Positions 52,426 to 63,920 of a stretch of DNA of 64,000 bases are shown here, piece after piece. The position numbers and the translations under genes are program-made. Every line of letters starts with the position of its first letter. Within the stretch, counting starts at the first letter, position 1. The notes below the pieces were generated by a model. That model saw only the letters and a program-made list of their open reading frames with translations, was not told the DNA's origin and searched no databases. The stretch covers positions 416,001 through 480,000 of the forward strand of contig CM000432.1 in NCBI GenBank assembly GCA_000165345.1. Direction: 5' to 3'.

Positions 52426-54966
52426 ATGTCTGAAAATAGCGTTGATATTCGCTCTGTGCAAGCCACGAACTGCACAGAGTCTGACATGGGGCAAACCTTA
52501 ACAGAAAATATACTTAATTCAAAAGAAAATAGAGAGGCTTCACTCTCTTTTGACGACTTTTTTCTCTTTAAATCTTCCTCAGATAGTAAGATTGAGAAGA
52601 TTAATTATTCCGATTTGGTCGAACATGATTCCGCAGATTTGGACGATAATTCAATCGATTATATATCTAATCCAGATAAAACTCAAATGGAAGACTTAAA
52701 CTTTACTGGAAGTACTTCAAGTCGCTACTCTAATACTGAATTCAAATTAAAAAAGAGTGCTTCAAATAGTACTTTAGACGAGTTTAATAGAGGGATACTA
52801 AATGATGAACTCGAAACTGAATATGTCAAGTTGATCCCTAACTCAGAAATTGTTTTTGCTAAGTCATACGATAAGGAAATGAATATTGCAATTGGTTTGA
52901 TTGACGAGGTACTAAAAATGAGAGACGAATGGAATTACGAGCTACCTAAAATAGAACATGATCATTTAATAGCTCACAACTATGGGAATTTACAAGATGG
53001 AAACCCTATATTAGATATTGAATTATTGGTAGATACTTTACCAGAAAAGATAGATGCCAAATATGAAATGATTAATGGTGTTTATAGTATTAAATGGTAT
53101 TCAAATAGAAATTTACTTTATAACCCTATAACATTCAAAGCAATTAAGAAAGCAGGTACAGCTGACATAAACTTGAATTTTGACGTAAAATGTGATTTTA
53201 ATGAACAATCCGGAGAGTCACTATGCATGAAAAAAAGTTTCCCAATATATGAATCTGAAAGTAAGTCTGTGCACGAATTCATAAGATGTTTAAGAAGAAT
53301 AATGAGTCTGGTTCATAGTCCAATAGTAAAGAGTTTTACATATTATAGATTAAAATTCTTACTACAAAGCTATCAATTATATTCACTTTTTAACGGAAAA
53401 TTTGAAAATGAGTTGTCGAAAAAGAATATTAGGACTGGTTTCTATAATGTTTATAAAGTTGATACACATGTTCACCATTCAGCATGCATGAGCCAACAGC
53501 ATCTTCTTAAGTTCATTAGGAAATGCTATAATTCAGACAAGGACCGTGTAGTATTTTACAATCATGATAATGCTCCAAGTACATTAGGGCAGGTATTCAA
53601 TAATGTGTTTGGTTGTGACTATCAAAATAACTCTATAGATCACTTAAATATGGATGCAATTAGGAACTGTTTTCAAAGGTTTGATAGATTTAACGAGAAA
53701 TATAATCCATTCGGTTCCAATCTGATGAGAGATATATTCTTAAAATATAATAATCCAATTAAAGGAAAATATCTTGCTGAAATTACAAAGGAAGTAATTC
53801 AAGATTTGAAAACTACGCATTATCAATTTGTGGAATGGAGAATCAGTGTCTACGGTAAAGACAAGAGCGAATGGAAAACTTTAGCAGAGTGGCTATATAA
53901 TAATGGTTTATATTGTAAACATGTAAGATGGATCATTCAGATTCCAAGACTTTATAATATTTTTCACAAAGATGGGTGCGTTAAAACATTCAGTGAAATG
54001 CTCGAAAACATATTTTCCCCATTAATAGAAGCATTGATCAATCCAAAAGATAATCCCCTGATTTTTATTTTACTTACTAATATTGTTGGTTGGGATACAG
54101 TAGATGATGAAAGCCAAATAAGTAAGTATTCAATGGATAACCCGAACTTTTGTTATCCAGAATATTGGAGATCAGGAGATAACCCACCATACTCTTATTG
54201 GGGCTTCTATCTTTATAGTAATATTCGAGTGCTAAATCAACTTTTATACTCTAGAGGTTTAAATCCATTGATGTTCAGGCCTCATTGTGGAGAAGCTGGA
54301 AAAATCTCACACTTAGCTACAATGTATTTATTAGCTGATTCTATTAACCACGGAATATTACTAAAAAAAACTCCAGTATTGCAATATTTATACTACTTGA
54401 AACAAATTGGCATTGCAGTTTCTCCTGTTTCTAACAATGCGTTGTTTTTGGAGTTAATGAAAAATCCATTCCCAAAGTTTTTTAATGTTGGATTAAATGT
54501 CTCGCTATCAACTGATGATCCCCTTATTTTTCACTTCACAGATGAATCTCTTCTCGAAGAGTATTCTATTGCCTCTCATATTTGGAAATTGAACAATATT
54601 GACCTTTGCGAGATCGCAAGAAATTCGGTTCTTCAGTCTGGATTTTCACCAAAATATAAGGCAAGTTGGTTAGGTGTGAAAAACTACAGTCATTTAAATA
54701 AATCACTATATAATATTTTAAATGATTTGGAACCTTGTGAAATCAACGATATTTCGAGGTCTAATGTCCCAAACATTAGAATCCAGTTTAGAAAAGATAT
54801 GCTTAAAGGTGAAATGGACCTCATAAATAAGTATACAGTTTCAATTGATAGAATCGAAAATGCAATAAATATTGTAAAAAATTTAAGACTGAAAAATGTT
54901 TCTGATAATATAAGCAAAGAAGGAGTTAATCGTAACTCTAATACCTTAATGAATAATTTCCCCTAA
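52426..54966 (+). CDS. AMPD: AMP deaminase
   Basis: The motifs are KVDTHVHHSACMSQQHLLKFI, SNLMRDIFLKYNN, FRPHCGEAG and LSTDDPLIF. These are the zinc-ligand and catalytic motifs of eukaryotic AMP deaminases (Pfam A_deaminase). Confidence 0.9.
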   Translation: MSENSVDIRSVQATNCTESDMGQTLTENILNSKENREASLSFDDFFLFKSSSDSKIEKINYSDLVEHDSADLDDNSIDYISNPDKTQMEDLNFTGSTSSRYSNTEFKLKKSASNSTLDEFNRGILNDELETEYVKLIPNSEIVFAKSYDKEMNIAIGLIDEVLKMRDEWNYELPKIEHDHLIAHNYGNLQDGNPILDIELLVDTLPEKIDAKYEMINGVYSIKWYSNRNLLYNPITFKAIKKAGTADINLNFDVKCDFNEQSGESLCMKKSFPIYESESKSVHEFIRCLRRIMSLVHSPIVKSFTYYRLKFLLQSYQLYSLFNGKFENELSKKNIRTGFYNVYKVDTHVHHSACMSQQHLLKFIRKCYNSDKDRVVFYNHDNAPSTLGQVFNNVFGCDYQNNSIDHLNMDAIRNCFQRFDRFNEKYNPFGSNLMRDIFLKYNNPIKGKYLAEITKEVIQDLKTTHYQFVEWRISVYGKDKSEWKTLAEWLYNNGLYCKHVRWIIQIPRLYNIFHKDGCVKTFSEMLENIFSPLIEALINPKDNPLIFILLTNIVGWDTVDDESQISKYSMDNPNFCYPEYWRSGDNPPYSYWGFYLYSNIRVLNQLLYSRGLNPLMFRPHCGEAGKISHLATMYLLADSINHGILLKKTPVLQYLYYLKQIGIAVSPVSNNALFLELMKNPFPKFFNVGLNVSLSTDDPLIFHFTDESLLEEYSIASHIWKLNNIDLCEIARNSVLQSGFSPKYKASWLGVKNYSHLNKSLYNILNDLEPCEINDISRSNVPNIRIQFRKDMLKGEMDLINKYTVSIDRIENAINIVKNLRLKNVSDNISKEGVNRNSNTLMNNFP

Positions 54967-55816
54967 GTAATATTCAATTAATTTAGCGAAAAATTCAATA
55001 TCAACATTGGCTTGATTTCACTTTTATACTTGAATGCATTATTATACAAAGTGAAAATCTTTTTCTGTGTTTTAATCATTGTCAGATAAATTATCTTAAT
55101 GAATACCGTATAAAAGCTAGAGAAGATAAACCGGAATACCAAGTTCATAATTCAGTATGAGATAAACATCCGTCAATTTTTTAAAAATATTGAACCTTAC
55201 TCAAGTAAAATCAATACGCGATCATTTAAATCTTATATTAAAAACAATATATAATTTACATTTTTAAGAATTCAAACGTATTTAAAAACCAAGTAATTTT
55301 AAACTAAATTATTTTTTTATATTCATTTTGAGAAAACTCATGACAGAACCAGCACATTTCGGACATTTGCCTTTTCGTAAAGTAACTGTAAATTGGATAG
55401 ATTGTTTGATTGGGCATTACTATTTTTTTCAGCTTGGTAAAGGTTATAATGTATTTTTTTTTGGTATTCAACAAGACTGAATAAAAGTTTATTTTGTAAT
55501 TTTAATTTTTTTTTTTCCAAGCTGGCGGAAATTGCTATTAATTTTGTGGTTAGTAAAATGTACCAGCCATTTGGGGGTGGTGATTTCTTTAATATTTTTT
55601 TCAATGGTAGTTGGTGCTTGATTAGAATTTTGAATGATTAACTTTTCATCAATTTCCTGTTTTTTTTCTAATTTTTTTATTCATGTTTTTTTTTCTTTTT
55701 TGGAATTATACAGGGCTGGGGGCTGAATCTATTGCGCACAGAGATTTTATGAAATAGTAATTAAAAAAAAAAGACTATCTTCGAATGCGGATTGAATGAT
55801 TAAATTCAGTTGAAAA

Positions 55817-56691
55817 ATGCAGGGAAAAGATCCATACTATAAAGCTTTCAGGTAAGGAAATTGATTAATTTTTTAAAAATATTTTCATTTGCATGTTTTA
55901 TTATTTTTAGTGAGCTTGAAAATATTTCAGAAAATATAATTCAACAATGTAAAGATTTTAAAGAGAAGGCATGCAAAACTTCTAATTACAGTAAACATAA
56001 AGAAGTTGAATCCCTATACGAAAGAATTAATTTGGAAATTGAAAGTTTTGAAGAAATGTATAAATTGCTGGATAATATAATCAATAATGTTAAAAACAAT
56101 CCAGAAAAATTTATCGAAATAAATAGGGATGAAATAAATAGCAGAGAAAAAAAATTGAAAGATAAGTATGAAATTATGATAAATTGCAAGGAAGAAGCAA
56201 GGTTAACATATAGTCATGCAAAAGAAAAAGAAATTCAGAATCAACGAAGAATAAATAGAGACTTTTTATTGAATAGCCATGCAACAATAAATAACTACAA
56301 CTTAGAGCATGAATTTCATAATATTGAAATTTCAAACAAGGATGAGAATTTAGAATATATACATCAAAATACTAAAAAGCTTCATAGTGCAGCATTAATA
56401 ATATCTCAGGAATTGAATGAACAAAATAATTTAATTGAAGGAATGATATATCAGGTAGAAGAGGAAAGTAAGTTATTAATCCAATGATTTCCATGATTCA
56501 CATAAATTTTTCAGATATTAAGTTGAACTTTGTTTTTGATAAGATGATGAAGCAAATAGGAATATCAAGTAAGTTAAAAAATCAAGTATTAAATTATAAT
56601 CATTCCAATTGAAGCATGGAAGGAATTAAAATTGTTTACATATCTTTTATTTATTTCTGTAATTCTATTTTTGATAATTCTTATTATATAA
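55817..56691 (+). CDS. Syntaxin-6/Tlg1-like Qc-SNARE encoded by four exons (55817..55851, 55911..56467, 56515..56568, 56615..56691)
   Basis: Exon 1 encodes MQGKDPYYKAF, matching the syntaxin-6 N-terminal DPFFVV start. It is spliced (GTAAGG...TTTTAG) to the ORF-track body starting at SELENISEN... The SNARE motif ELNEQNNLIEGMIYQVEEEN|IKLNFVFDKMMKQIGIS aligns with the human STX6 segment [34 protein letters not shown]. The last exon gives the tail-anchor TWKELKLFTYLLFISVILFLIILII*. The introns are 59, 47 and 46 nt with GTAAGT donors, and the exon phases (2, 1, 1) are consistent. Confidence 0.7.
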
Positions 56692-56743
56692 TTAATGTAA
56701 TTAGAAATATAAAAAGATAAAATTTACGTGATTTAATTTAGTT

Positions 56744-58189
56744 TCAGAATTTCATATTTTCTATAATGTGATCTAATAGCTGGAAATTATTTCCTAAAAG
56801 AAAATAACCCCAGTTTTCAAAACAAAACATCATTAACTGATGTGAGAAAAACCGGTGTATTTTGCTTTTGAATAATACAGAGGTCTTCATCCAAACAAGT
56901 TTGTCTAAATTACCATTCGGGCTTTTATCAAATACATCACTCAATGTTTTGTGATTTAGAAAATTGTGATATTTTTCTTTAACTAAATTAATAAGTTTTT
57001 TTCTATTTTTTATGTTCCTATAGTAAATTTCATTTTTATTTTCATAAGATTTCTCGTTTCCAGAATCAATTACTGTTATCCATTCGATTAAATTATCTTT
57101 CTCACCACTTTTTGCCTTAATGATATTTGGAACGAAATTTGAATGATTTTTATTAGTTTTTGAATATAATTGGTAGTTTTGTTTAAAGTTTTTAAGCCTG
57201 TAAATGTTATTTGTTTGATACCTTCTCTCAAATTCATAGATATTGAATGATACCAATGATAAGTTTTCATTATCTATGCAGAAAGGCAGAAGAGATGCTG
57301 AAGTTGGTGGCACTAATAAATCTCCCTTTAATGACCCAATTGTGTGTCTGTGTTTAAACCAAGAGAGAGGATTAATCATATTCATATTATTCATCATATC
57401 TGCTATTAATGGCTTATTTTTATCCATCAATAACAGCTGCGAAATAGTTGGTAGCCACGAAATCCACTTCCATGGAAATAAGACTTTGAGAATTTCGAAT
57501 CCAAAAAAAGTACAATCATCACTTAGTACGCCTTTATGTGGAGTGCCAATTGAAATGAAATTCATTGGCTTGAGACCACCTATTAAACCAGTACTATTTT
57601 TAGATTGAATTTCTTTTTCTAAAGGGTAATTACTCATTAAAGGAAGAACTGCTCTATTATAAAGACCACCAAGACTATGACCAATGAAGGATATTTTTTC
57701 CAAAGAGGGCGTTCTTATGATTACTTGTTGAAGCTCTTTTGACATTCTTAAAGCACCGTTTTCAATACCATCAGATGTTATAAAAATGCTTCTGAAATAT
57801 CCCCAATTTGAGTGAATTTTGTAAATTAAAATGCATTCAGATTTTTGTATTTGATTATTTTCAGTCCATTGACTATTATCCAAAATATTATATTTATTTA
57901 AAATTCTTTCCGCAAGAACGTCCATATTTGCTGGAGTTCCTGCCCACCCGTGAGTCATTACTACAATGTGATTTGGGTCGCTACAATTTACCCTGATCTG
58001 ATTTTTTCCTTGCGTTACAATGCTGATCAAGGAAACCACAATGCAAATTATAATGCTCGATATAAGAAAAGTTATTTCCAAACTCATTCCTTCATTTGGA
58101 CTTTCCAAAAAACTGTCATTACTTCCAAGGCTACTTTTATATTTGTTCTCAGGTAAATTATTTAATTTTTGTTCTTTATATGATATCAT
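56744..58189 (-). CDS. DUF676-type putative serine esterase/lipase with an N-terminal TM anchor
   Basis: HIVVMTHGWAGTP (oxyanion-hole region) and ISFIGHSLGGLYNRAV (GHSLGG nucleophile elbow) are present. An N-terminal helix LEITFLISSIIICIVVSLISIV precedes the hydrolase domain. Confidence 0.75.
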   Translation of the reverse strand: MISYKEQKLNNLPENKYKSSLGSNDSFLESPNEGMSLEITFLISSIIICIVVSLISIVTQGKNQIRVNCSDPNHIVVMTHGWAGTPANMDVLAERILNKYNILDNSQWTENNQIQKSECILIYKIHSNWGYFRSIFITSDGIENGALRMSKELQQVIIRTPSLEKISFIGHSLGGLYNRAVLPLMSNYPLEKEIQSKNSTGLIGGLKPMNFISIGTPHKGVLSDDCTFFGFEILKVLFPWKWISWLPTISQLLLMDKNKPLIADMMNNMNMINPLSWFKHRHTIGSLKGDLLVPPTSASLLPFCIDNENLSLVSFNIYEFERRYQTNNIYRLKNFKQNYQLYSKTNKNHSNFVPNIIKAKSGEKDNLIEWITVIDSGNEKSYENKNEIYYRNIKNRKKLINLVKEKYHNFLNHKTLSDVFDKSPNGNLDKLVWMKTSVLFKSKIHRFFSHQLMMFCFENWGYFLLGNNFQLLDHIIENMKF

Positions 58190-58706
58190 TTTTTTTTTCT
58201 GAACAATTGTTAAACTAATTTTTTAAATTAATTTTGGTAATCTTTATAGCTTTATTATTTACTTTAAGTCAAAATAAATAATGAATCCATTAATTTAGGT
58301 TGCCTTTTAATAATATGAAGAATTTACAATGACAAAATCAAACAAACAAAATGAAAAATGGTTGCTTTAAAATTGTTCCTAACCACTCATTGTTTTCTTA
58401 ATTCGGTACAACAATTATAATGAATTTTTAAAGTTTAAGAACAACGAAATTATAGTGCAACTCTTTATATTAGTCATCATTACCTGTTGTCAATTAACAT
58501 GCATTACATTTTTTTAGCATTATTGAATATAGCTCGGTAAAAAATAACCTAAAATTTGCATGATATTGGCGCCTGGAAAAAGCAGTCTGGCAAGTCAAAT
58601 AAGTGGGTTAAAATAATGCAGTAAAAAAAAGTAAATCAATAGATTATATTTTCTATTAATATTAAGAACTAAATAAGCAAAATAATAATTAATTAAATTT
58701 AAATTA

Positions 58707-61055
58707 TTAAATATTCCATTCAAATTCTGTTAATAATGGAAGGTGATCAGACGGTCTTTGAGGATTTGGCAGAGACCAGTCAGGAAGTTGCAGAGCAGCA
58801 GCTTCACGAATAAGGGCCTCCTCATCTAAAAGTTCAAGAACTCCTCCAAGTCTTAGTCTTTCATCAGTATAGAATACATAATCTAGACATCCAAGATAGT
58901 TTGGGGTATAATTCGTGAAAACAGGTTCAAGAGATTCAGTAGATGACACGAGCATGTTTGGGTTGTGACCTTCAACCATAGCTTTTGCCATAGAATATGC
59001 ACTGCGTAAACGCATTGAGTGTCCAAGTTGTAGATCAGAAAGTAGTCCATAACGGTCCATGGCAAGGTCTTTGTGTGTTTTTTCACAGGTTCCAGTTGCT
59101 AAAAGACGATATAAGGCACTATCAGGCGTACTGTTGAAATCACCACAAATAATAAGGCCAGGTAATACAGGCTGTCTTCTGTAACAGTCATGCAGATATT
59201 CTTCTAATACTGACACTAGAGTTTGCGCCTGCCAAATTTTTACATCATTTGCTTCTGGATTTGCAACTATGTGTGTATTTGCAATAATAACTTGTAGTGG
59301 AGTAGAAGAATTCATCGATTTCTTAGGATCAGATTGTATTTGGTTATTCGATGATGGAATGAGTACTCCGGCTTGATTCTGAACATTGTTTACCATCAAG
59401 TTAGTACCACTCATTCCAACAATTCCTCTGTTATTTACTCCTGACGAATTTCCTGTTAGCTGATTATGAATGGAATGATTTGAATCTGAGCCAATTAAAT
59501 CATTTTGACGATATTCAAGAAGAATAACAACTGCAACATTATCTTTAAGCAGTCTTTTAATTGCTGCGGGATTATTCTTTACTTCAGCCGGGAGGGTTCT
59601 ATGCGTAGCTTCTTTGATAAGAGCGGAAAACTCCAATGAATAGTTTTCCTTAGCAATAAATTTATTGGTTTTATAGAACGTAGCACATCCATCCATAGTA
59701 TATTTCCCATCTTTCCTTCTTCCACTTCCGGATGTAAAGATCTCTGTAGTTTTTTGTTTATAAACACCTTCATAGCCATATTGTTGCAATACGGGCTTGA
59801 AAAAGTCGTCAAAGTGCTCAGTTTGAACTTCTTGGAGGCAGACAATATCAGGTTGATGACTCAGAATTTCAACAATAATTCTAGTTTTACGATACGACCA
59901 TGAAAGCATGTATGCATCGCAATGAGGAAATGCTTCTTGGCTGGCATAAATTTCTGCAAGAACATTCCAAGAAAAGACTTTAAATCTAGAATGACTTATG
60001 GCCGTTCCTGTGTTGTGATGAATCCCAACTCCATTCATTTGGTTATTAGGCATATTTAAAATACACCTCGGAGGAGCTTGAGGAAGATTAGGAACACAAC
60101 AGGCTGTAGTGATTTGCGAATAAGTTTCTGAAAAACTTCTAGCTTCGGATAGAGATTTTTCAAAAAGTTCTGAATTTGGATCTAATCCTGACTTAAATAC
60201 TAAAAAGACTTCCAATTTCAATTGGTGACCGACATCTTCCGAAACTGGTAAATAATTCCTCTGGTCACCGACCGGAATCCACTCTTCTTGATCTGTTGAT
60301 ATATGAACTAATCCTGTCTTTAAAAGGAGAGAAATATGGGCATCATCTCTGTCTCTCAAGGAGTTGTCTGGGTCATTAAATTGAAACGGCCTACAGGGAA
60401 CACCATAAGTATGGCTATTTGGATGCGGAGATATAGGACTCATCCCCCTAACTTCATAAAAGCGCCTTAACTGAGCAAATCCTTGCTTATAGCAGCCAAC
60501 TCCGCAGAAGCATCTTAATGTTGTGGCACATTGTAATGTTGCAACTTGGCTTGGATGAAATGTACAAACTGCACGAGATGGGCCTCTACTCCAGCGGTAA
60601 TGAATACTAGCCAAGCCACTGATTACAGGATTTTCTGGGTTTTCATCGTCATCATCCCAAAGCTTGCCCATTTTGTCTCTTAAAATCACAATAGGTTGTA
60701 ATTCACAACTTTCTACCGGAGTTATTGGGACTTTTTTTCTAGATGAAACATAAACCAAATCACACCTATAAAGTTCTACCCCATTTTTGTTATTAGAGTA
60801 ATTTTCAGAATTTTTATTTGCAGTGAATTCTTTTTCTAGAATCCTCCCTTCAAGATCCCCATCCCCCTTCATATCAGAAATTGACTCTTTATTTTTTCTG
60901 TGATTTGACCTGGAATTCTTCTCATCTGAAATATTATTAGTTTGCTGGGTTACTGTCCCAATTCGTTCTGAGGTTTCCCTCTCAAATTTAGTTCCATTAG
61001 ATTTTACTTCGAAACCTTTATTATTATCATCAATAATATTTGCTATCTTATTCAT
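58707..61055 (-). CDS. CCR4: CCR4-type deadenylase (CCR4-NOT catalytic subunit homologue) with an N-terminal Cys-rich extension
   Basis: The C-terminal EEP domain is FKVFSWNVLAEIYAS...DIVCLQEVQTEHFDDFF...GCATFYKTNKF...IIANTHIVANPE...LIICGDFNSTPDSALYRLL...DYVFYT...SDHLPLLTEFEW, which matches the CCR4/CNOT6 nuclease fold closely. GC content (about 45%) is markedly above that of neighbouring genes. Confidence 0.85.
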   Translation of the reverse strand: MNKIANIIDDNNKGFEVKSNGTKFERETSERIGTVTQQTNNISDEKNSRSNHRKNKESISDMKGDGDLEGRILEKEFTANKNSENYSNNKNGVELYRCDLVYVSSRKKVPITPVESCELQPIVILRDKMGKLWDDDDENPENPVISGLASIHYRWSRGPSRAVCTFHPSQVATLQCATTLRCFCGVGCYKQGFAQLRRFYEVRGMSPISPHPNSHTYGVPCRPFQFNDPDNSLRDRDDAHISLLLKTGLVHISTDQEEWIPVGDQRNYLPVSEDVGHQLKLEVFLVFKSGLDPNSELFEKSLSEARSFSETYSQITTACCVPNLPQAPPRCILNMPNNQMNGVGIHHNTGTAISHSRFKVFSWNVLAEIYASQEAFPHCDAYMLSWSYRKTRIIVEILSHQPDIVCLQEVQTEHFDDFFKPVLQQYGYEGVYKQKTTEIFTSGSGRRKDGKYTMDGCATFYKTNKFIAKENYSLEFSALIKEATHRTLPAEVKNNPAAIKRLLKDNVAVVILLEYRQNDLIGSDSNHSIHNQLTGNSSGVNNRGIVGMSGTNLMVNNVQNQAGVLIPSSNNQIQSDPKKSMNSSTPLQVIIANTHIVANPEANDVKIWQAQTLVSVLEEYLHDCYRRQPVLPGLIICGDFNSTPDSALYRLLATGTCEKTHKDLAMDRYGLLSDLQLGHSMRLRSAYSMAKAMVEGHNPNMLVSSTESLEPVFTNYTPNYLGCLDYVFYTDERLRLGGVLELLDEEALIREAAALQLPDWSLPNPQRPSDHLPLLTEFEWNI

Positions 61056-61766
61056 ACTTGTACAAATTCAATATTTTAATAATTTGTGATCACCCGACCT
61101 CTTGAAGTAATATTAAGTATATTCTCGAAGTTCACACCCTTTTTAATATACTTTCTATATTAAAGTCTTAATTAATTTAGTTCCGGGTAGTCACTAGCAT
61201 AATTTATTAATCATTAACCCCTTAATATCATTCGAATATTAAAAATTCGACATCTATCACCTACAGGTAATAAAACCTTGCCTCTATTATCTGTAACTAA
61301 TTGTTATTTTATATCGCAATTCTTGTGTACTTTTTGTTTACTTCAGCATTCCTTTTTCCTTGTATTTTCAAATAATTGTTTTTCATTTGGTCTAGACAAG
61401 ACGCGTACAATTTAAATATTGAAAGTTAAATGAGTACCACCTAGTACAATTAGTTTGAAGGGCTACAACATCAAATAAAGCAAAAAGAAATAATTTAAGA
61501 TGTAACTGCACTACAACATCGGTAAATTAAATTATTGTAAAACTTATACTATACACTGACTAAAAATAATGTTTAATTTTACTAAACTTTATATAATTAG
61601 TGTCAACTTCTACAAAATTGTATATTAGGAAGCAATAGCAAAACGATGTAGATATAATATTGGTATCTGATAATCTAATATGTCACTTATTGAGGTAAAG
61701 TTTAGTAATACTTGGAATCAATACTTGTTAATATTTAGTATAGATCTGAAGCGTATATTTCTACGT

Positions 61767-62834
61767 TTAGACGAGATTATTTAGGTATTCTTTTATAAGC
61801 TCACTGGAAAGTTTCAATTTGTATATAACTTTGCCATTCTTGTTCTCGCTATCATTTAAGAATTGCTTCGACAAGACGTCATGAGTGAACAATTCGATTA
61901 AAAGCTGTGAAAGAGAACTTTTCGTTGTAACAGTCATAGAGGATTTAAGACTTTTTAAAAGCTGGTCTTCAGCAGCATGTCCATATTCGAGTTGCAAGGT
62001 GGCAATAGTGTTTACAACTTGAATATGACTAGGTGTTAGACAATTTAATATCGAGTTCAGCTGCTCTAATTTGCATTGCTCGCGTGAATTATCAGAAAGT
62101 GCTCCCAACCATGGAGGAAGTTGGCTCTCATATAAGTGATCTAACTCTACATCATATTCTTCAAACGTGGATACTTTCAAATATAAAAAATTCATTTTGC
62201 AGCGCATTGAATTATTCCAAAGAAGAGGCCATCTGATATTGTCGACCGAAACAATTACACTCATAAATGGAAGCTGTGATAATTGCGATATTGCAGGCAA
62301 ATATTGTCTAATTGATATACTATCTATACTGTGTATTATTAAGAAAATGTTCTTGAAATATGTACTGGAATTGTTATACAACAATTGAATCTTTGCAATC
62401 ATTGAATCGATACTACAATCATTACTAATGAAATTATTGTAGGATTTAGTGCTATCTTTTAAAAAATCTTCTGTGTGATCCATTGCTTTTAATAGTTCAA
62501 ATAGGCAGGTTTTGAATTTAATATTTTTAAAATAGCCTCTGATAGTTAGAGCAACATAGTTCCCATTTATTTTCTTTTTCACAAATTCATCCAAGAAGTT
62601 TCTTTTCGAGCCGAATCCATATATTAATACACTAAATCCTGACAGAGACCAAGTTAGCAATTTTTCGTGCGCGGAATTCCAGCTCGATCTCTTTTCTCTC
62701 CTAATTTTATCAAGTTTTTTTTCAATCGCCGCATTTCTCTTTTTTAGAAGTTGCAGGTCAACTTCAGGAAGTTCTTCAGCTAGATTGTAGCTTGAGCTAC
62801 TTTGAATCAAATAATCGGAAAATGTTCCTTTCAT
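61767..62834 (-). CDS. Origin recognition complex subunit 2 (ORC2)-like protein
   Basis: LSGFSVLIYGFGSKRNFLDEFVKK matches the conserved ORC2 block (N.LLYGLGSKR.LL..F). Its length and position in the protein are consistent with the ORC2 C-terminal domain. The assignment is moderate. Confidence 0.5.
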   Translation of the reverse strand: MKGTFSDYLIQSSSSYNLAEELPEVDLQLLKKRNAAIEKKLDKIRREKRSSWNSAHEKLLTWSLSGFSVLIYGFGSKRNFLDEFVKKKINGNYVALTIRGYFKNIKFKTCLFELLKAMDHTEDFLKDSTKSYNNFISNDCSIDSMIAKIQLLYNNSSTYFKNIFLIIHSIDSISIRQYLPAISQLSQLPFMSVIVSVDNIRWPLLWNNSMRCKMNFLYLKVSTFEEYDVELDHLYESQLPPWLGALSDNSREQCKLEQLNSILNCLTPSHIQVVNTIATLQLEYGHAAEDQLLKSLKSSMTVTTKSSLSQLLIELFTHDVLSKQFLNDSENKNGKVIYKLKLSSELIKEYLNNLV

Positions 62835-63126
62835 TACGCATTTCTGAATAAGTCGATTTGCTTAAAAAAACTATTGCTATTAGGCTCTCAATTGAAATCT
62901 TGGTACTTGTTATTAAAGATTGCTTTAAAACTCAAATTTATTGAATTTTCTGATGATTATATGAGGGGAGCTAGGGTATACCTAATGAAAAAAACTTTAT
63001 TAGACCTGAAATTATAACAGATAATTTACTTGAATTTGCAAGTACATTTGTGTGTTATTTAGTAATTGTTTCGTTATTGAATGTGTAATACTTATATGCA
63101 ATTTATTATTAAATAAATTAATCGAA

Positions 63127-63162
63127 CCGCCAAAAAAAAACTTTATTAGCTAGCGCCAAAAT
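63127..63162. promoter_or_regulatory. Pair of E2F-like boxes (ACCGCCAAAA and AGCGCCAAAA, which are TTTTGGCGG and TTTTGGCGC on the other strand) in the divergent ORC2-like / NDK promoter
   Basis: Two boxes 26 bp apart lie roughly 300 bp from each flanking start codon. Confidence 0.45.
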
Positions 63163-63398
63163 TTTGTCTCATAAGAGGTACGATATTATTATGGCAAGGC
63201 TTATTAAACCATAAATAAATTTATAGTTGGCCTAAGTCTAAATATAGCTGGTAATAAGAAAATTCTATTGCATTAATTAGGCGAGCATATATAATTCACA
63301 TTTTTGTACAAAGTGGGAAAATTACGTATTTTACTTTTCTCTATTTTATTAATTATTTTGTTAAAAAAAAAACAAACCCTAGTGGTTTTCATAAATAA

Positions 63399-63920
<522 letters not shown>

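Noticed and set aside
55338-55604. An 88-aa minus ORF and a 47-aa plus ORF (MTEPAHFGHLPFRK...) in the 850-bp gap before the syntaxin gene
   Set aside because: I found no splice-consistent extension and no recognisable family. The region is better explained as promoter or UTR containing the GCTGGCGGAAA box. I have low confidence either way.
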